A stretch of 64,000 nucleotides of DNA from an uncultured cyanobacterium (GTDB taxonomy: Bacteria > Cyanobacteriota > Cyanobacteriia > Phormidesmidales > Phormidesmidaceae), in the NCBI GenBank assembly GCA_963793265.1, contig CAWBZI010000001.1, forward strand, positions 1,312,001-1,376,000, written 5' to 3'. Position numbers and translations under genes: made by a program. The notes beneath the pieces are model-generated. The model was not told the origin of the DNA. It ran no database searches and saw nothing but the letters and a program-made list of their open reading frames with translations. Of this stretch, positions 60,628 to 64,000 are shown piece after piece (the first letter of the stretch is position 1; each line of letters begins with the position of its first letter).

Positions 60628-62625
60628 CTAAGGCCCCGCCACCCGCTCGGCCTTGGCCTCTAAAGTTTTCACGTCCGTCGCCAGCTTGTTCTTTTGAGCG
60701 GCCAGCTTGTCCTTTTGAGCAGTCAGCTCACTCGTTTGTGCCGCCACCTCGCTCAGCTGAGTCTGCAAAACTTCAGATTCATCATTCTTCGCCGCCAAGT
60801 CTTGCGTCACACTCGTCAGCTCTTGCCGCGTCTGCGCCGTTCTTGCCTGTGCCGCCTGACTGGCCGCCTCTGCTGTCTGCTGTGCGTCAATCGCCTGCGC
60901 CACCTCGGCGGTCACCTGCTGATTTTCTTCAGCTAGCGCCTGGTTCGTCGCCCCAAGCGCGTCATTGGCTAAGCCCAGCTTTTGATTATTGACTTGCAGG
61001 GCTTCTTGGTCGGCTTGCAGTTCTCTTTTTTCAGTCGAAAGTTCTGCCAGCCCAGCCAAAGCCGATTCCTTACTCAGTTCCGCTTTGCGCATATCGTCTT
61101 GCGCCGACTCAGCGCGCGCTGACTCTTGCAAAGCTTTTCCCTGAGCCCACACCGCCCCTGCCGTAGACAGGCTAATTAGCCCAGCGCCCAGCGCCGTTAG
61201 CCAGCCAGTTCTACGCTTAGCTCGCAGCAAATCACGCCGCGCCGCCGCCAGCTTTTGCTGAATCGCACCTAGCTCAGCGCGAAAGCCCAGCTTCTGACTT
61301 TCCACTAAAAAGTCATAGTCCTGCTTGCCCAAACTCCGAGACTCGGCCCAGACTAAAGCACCTGTTAGCGCCTCCCCTTGCAGCAGCAGCGAATCGTCTT
61401 GTTTGCCCGCATCAATCCAGTGATTAATTTCTTCACCGTAAGGGCGAATTGCCATCAGCGCCCGGTCTATCCAGGCTTGGGCAAACACCTCGCGATAAAT
61501 CGGGTTATACACTTGCAGCGTACCGATACGATCTACGACCAGGCCCGAAAGGCGAAGGATGACCTGCTGCGAGCTGCCGTCTTGTAAAATGCCGCCATGA
61601 TTTAGGATCTGCTGATAGAGGCCCAAAAGCTGGTTGGCGTGGGTTTCACTGTGGAGAATGCGATCACGAATCGTCTTTAGGTGCGATGGCTGATCCTGCA
61701 TTTCCCAGTTGTCGATCACGTAGGTTCTCACCACATATTCCACAAGCTGCTCGGGGCTCGGTGAGTCGGGTAGGGAGGAGGGCGCTGGGGCCAGATCTGG
61801 AGGAAGCCCTGCGGCTGTTTGCGCGGACAGGGATTTGCGGGCGATCGCATCGTGCACAATCAAATGACAGACCTTCTGCGTCAAAAACGGCTGTCCGCCC
61901 GTCCAGGCCAGCACCGCCTTTAGCACCGCTTCAGGCTCACTTACTTTTTCAGCTAAGCCCGGCAGCAAAGGAGCCGCTTCGGCAAAATTAAACCCCACAA
62001 GCTGAATCGCCTGACCAATATTAAACGGCGTTCGCAGCCGGTCATTGGTCAGCTCATCTGGGGCCGCAACGCCCACCATGGCAAAGGTTAGCCGGTTCAG
62101 CTCAAGATTTTCAGCGCGCGTATCGTAGCACTCTCGAATCACTGCAAAAAAGTCGTGAATATCAAACGGCAGGCTCAGAACGCTGTCAATCTCCTCCCAA
62201 AAGATCACCACTGGCCCTGGCACAATTCTCAGCAGCACATCGCGAAAAAACTTACCCAGCCGCCGCACCGCCGATAGCTGATGATGTGCCTCCCACCAGC
62301 TATCCAGATCAAAATCCGGGTCAAGCCGCTCCAGTCGCAGCCGAGCAACGATATTATCGATCACGCTGAAATACCATTCCTTTGGCGTAATGCTCGTCGT
62401 ACCCAAGCCGCTAATATCAATCGAAGCGCAGGCCACCCCCTCAGCTCTTAGCCGGTCAATCGTTCGCACCCGCAGGCTCGACTTCCCCATCTGTCGGGAG
62501 TTTAGCACCGCGCAAAATTCACCGGCCTTCAGCGCCTGATACAGCATCTCATCGGCTGCTCTTGCCACATAGGTCGTCGCATCCGCAGGCAGGCTACCCC
62601 CGACCTGATAGCGGTATTTTGTCAT
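60628..62625 (-). CDS. AAA_35-like ATPase with TM helix and coiled coil (frameshifted relative to the TPR array)
   Basis: [41 protein letters not shown]. Confidence 0.8.
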   Translation of the reverse strand: MTKYRYQVGGSLPADATTYVARAADEMLYQALKAGEFCAVLNSRQMGKSSLRVRTIDRLRAEGVACASIDISGLGTTSITPKEWYFSVIDNIVARLRLERLDPDFDLDSWWEAHHQLSAVRRLGKFFRDVLLRIVPGPVVIFWEEIDSVLSLPFDIHDFFAVIRECYDTRAENLELNRLTFAMVGVAAPDELTNDRLRTPFNIGQAIQLVGFNFAEAAPLLPGLAEKVSEPEAVLKAVLAWTGGQPFLTQKVCHLIVHDAIARKSLSAQTAAGLPPDLAPAPSSLPDSPSPEQLVEYVVRTYVIDNWEMQDQPSHLKTIRDRILHSETHANQLLGLYQQILNHGGILQDGSSQQVILRLSGLVVDRIGTLQVYNPIYREVFAQAWIDRALMAIRPYGEEINHWIDAGKQDDSLLLQGEALTGALVWAESRSLGKQDYDFLVESQKLGFRAELGAIQQKLAAARRDLLRAKRRTGWLTALGAGLISLSTAGAVWAQGKALQESARAESAQDDMRKAELSKESALAGLAELSTEKRELQADQEALQVNNQKLGLANDALGATNQALAEENQQVTAEVAQAIDAQQTAEAASQAAQARTAQTRQELTSVTQDLAAKNDESEVLQTQLSEVAAQTSELTAQKDKLAAQKNKLATDVKTLEAKAERVAGP

Positions 62626-62643
62626 GACCCTCTAAGCCTCCGC

Positions 62644-64000
62644 CTACAAACGCGTCTGAAAGTACTCTCGATAAAGCTCACACAGCGGCAGCACGCTATT
62701 ACCCTGATATTTCACCAGCCCCATACTGCTCAACTTAAACGCCTCAGTTGAGCCAATTTGCACCGGCCCCGCCGCCTCAATCACCTGCGCAAAAGCCGCC
62801 GCCAGCTCAGGATCGGCCTCAATATTCAGCAGATGCCGCCGCAAATGATCGTTATATAGGCCCCCTTCAGTTGGCGCTTCGACGAGCAGTTCATCTACCG
62901 TGATTCGGCCCCGCGCAATTCGGTTGAGCGCAATTCTCAGTAGATAAGGATGTCCGCCGACTAGCCTCAATAGCTGCTGAAGCACGGGATCTGAAAACGC
63001 TAACCGATGGCGAGAAATCATATCCAACCGCTCCTGGTAGTTAAGCTCTCTCAAATCAACCGGAAGCCCCACATTAAACGGCGAACGGTTAATGCTCAGC
63101 GGCACATACACTTCTTTTGAATGCACAATTACCAGATGAAGCTTGGCCCACATCGGATCGCTTTTGCCCTCTTCGTGCCACACCCGCAGCATCCCAAAAA
63201 AATCCGTAGCAATCTCGGGATGCTCAAACACCTGATCGACTTCATCGAGCCCCAGCAAAATAGGCTTATCGATTTCGGGCAGCAGGTAATTCTCAAAATA
63301 GCGCTGACAGCGGCGCACAATGCCCCGTGAGCCCTGCCAATACTCAGCCAGCTTATCGGGCAAATCCAGCTCCTCAGTCACCAGAGAGCAAAACCACTGC
63401 AAGAATTCATTGAGATCGTCCAAAGCCTTTTCGTCCGCCGTTTGCAGGCTCATCCGCACGGTTTCATACCCCTGCTGCTTAGCGTGACTCAGCACCCGAA
63501 TCAACAGCGAGGTTTTACCCATCTGCCGAGGAGCCTTGATGCGAATGAGTGAGCCGCGCCTTTGAATGGCCTCGTAGCAGTCGGCCTCGATAGGTGATCG
63601 CTCAATATAAAACGGCGAGTCCAGCGGCACCAGCCCCTCCGGCTCCTCAAAGTCAATCGGCGGCAGCGCTTTTTCTGGTTCTTCTACGGGTAGGTCTTCT
63701 ACGGGTAGCGCTTCTTCTACAACAGGCACTTCTGCAAAGCTAATGTCTCGTTTTTTTGCAGCAGGTGCTGAAACTTTCACATCGGCGACCTTCATGCTTA
63801 GCAACCGCTCTTGACCAAGCTGCGAATGCAAAACCGGCGTTGCCGACTCAGGAATATTCTCCAAATCAATTGCCAGCAGGCCGAACTCAAACGCTTCTGG
63901 GAACGGTCTGCCGTAGCCCAAGCCATCGTAAAAGCCCACCGCAAACTTAATCGCCGCGCGATCGCCTATCGACTGATTCATGCCGATCACGTAGTCCACA
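62644..64000 (-). CDS. CHAT-like remnant plus AAA_35-like ATPase (5' end outside the window)
   Basis: YVIGMNQSIGDRAAIKFAVGFYDGL resembles a CHAT C-terminus; KAPRQMGKTS, LGLDEVD, SPFNVG, VGGHPYL. Confidence 0.82.
   Translation of the reverse strand, partial: VDYVIGMNQSIGDRAAIKFAVGFYDGLGYGRPFPEAFEFGLLAIDLENIPESATPVLHSQLGQERLLSMKVADVKVSAPAAKKRDISFAEVPVVEEALPVEDLPVEEPEKALPPIDFEEPEGLVPLDSPFYIERSPIEADCYEAIQRRGSLIRIKAPRQMGKTSLLIRVLSHAKQQGYETVRMSLQTADEKALDDLNEFLQWFCSLVTEELDLPDKLAEYWQGSRGIVRRCQRYFENYLLPEIDKPILLGLDEVDQVFEHPEIATDFFGMLRVWHEEGKSDPMWAKLHLVIVHSKEVYVPLSINRSPFNVGLPVDLRELNYQERLDMISRHRLAFSDPVLQQLLRLVGGHPYLLRIALNRIARGRITVDELLVEAPTEGGLYNDHLRRHLLNIEADPELAAAFAQVIEAAGPVQIGSTEAFKLSSMGLVKYQGNSVLPLCELYREYFQTRL

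Overview
This window comes from a cyanobacterial chromosome: the HIP1 octamer GCGATCGC is frequent, and beta-carboxysome and photosystem genes are present. All gene calls rest on motifs and recalled family resemblance; no database searches were run. The first 44 kb is mostly housekeeping. It contains accC (partial), tRNA-Leu(GAG), a chorismate lyase, a CDF transporter, a DevH-like Crp regulator and a Cu-ATPase. The CO2-concentrating cluster ndhF4-ndhD4-cupB lies divergent from ccmK2-K1-L-M-N-O. It is followed by miaA, gyrB, ho1, ktrB, a tocopherol methyltransferase, mutY, trpE, psaD, a DICT-GAF histidine kinase, amt, purE, nagA and a GH13 glucosidase. The accessory parts are a DUF6883/DUF4926 pair at 33.5 kb and a defence-like island at 44.6-50.8 kb. 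That island holds YefM-YoeB, a three-gene operon (RcaD-like protein, P-loop ATPase, DUF1802-PD-(D/E)xK nuclease fusion), DUF29 and a VapBC-like pair. At 53-64 kb a KfoC/PmHAS-like glycosyltransferase converges on a GT-like/alginate-lyase fusion, which is coupled to a pair of AAA_35 ATPase genes; one of these is split from its TPR array by a 1-nt frameshift. The main hunt results are: (1) the putative three-gene defence system; (2) a recurring G-rich to C-rich strand switch centred on HIP1 sites; (3) the glycosaminoglycan-synthase-like gene next to a lyase; (4) an unusually long CcmM with five SSU-like domains and a degenerate gamma-CA domain.
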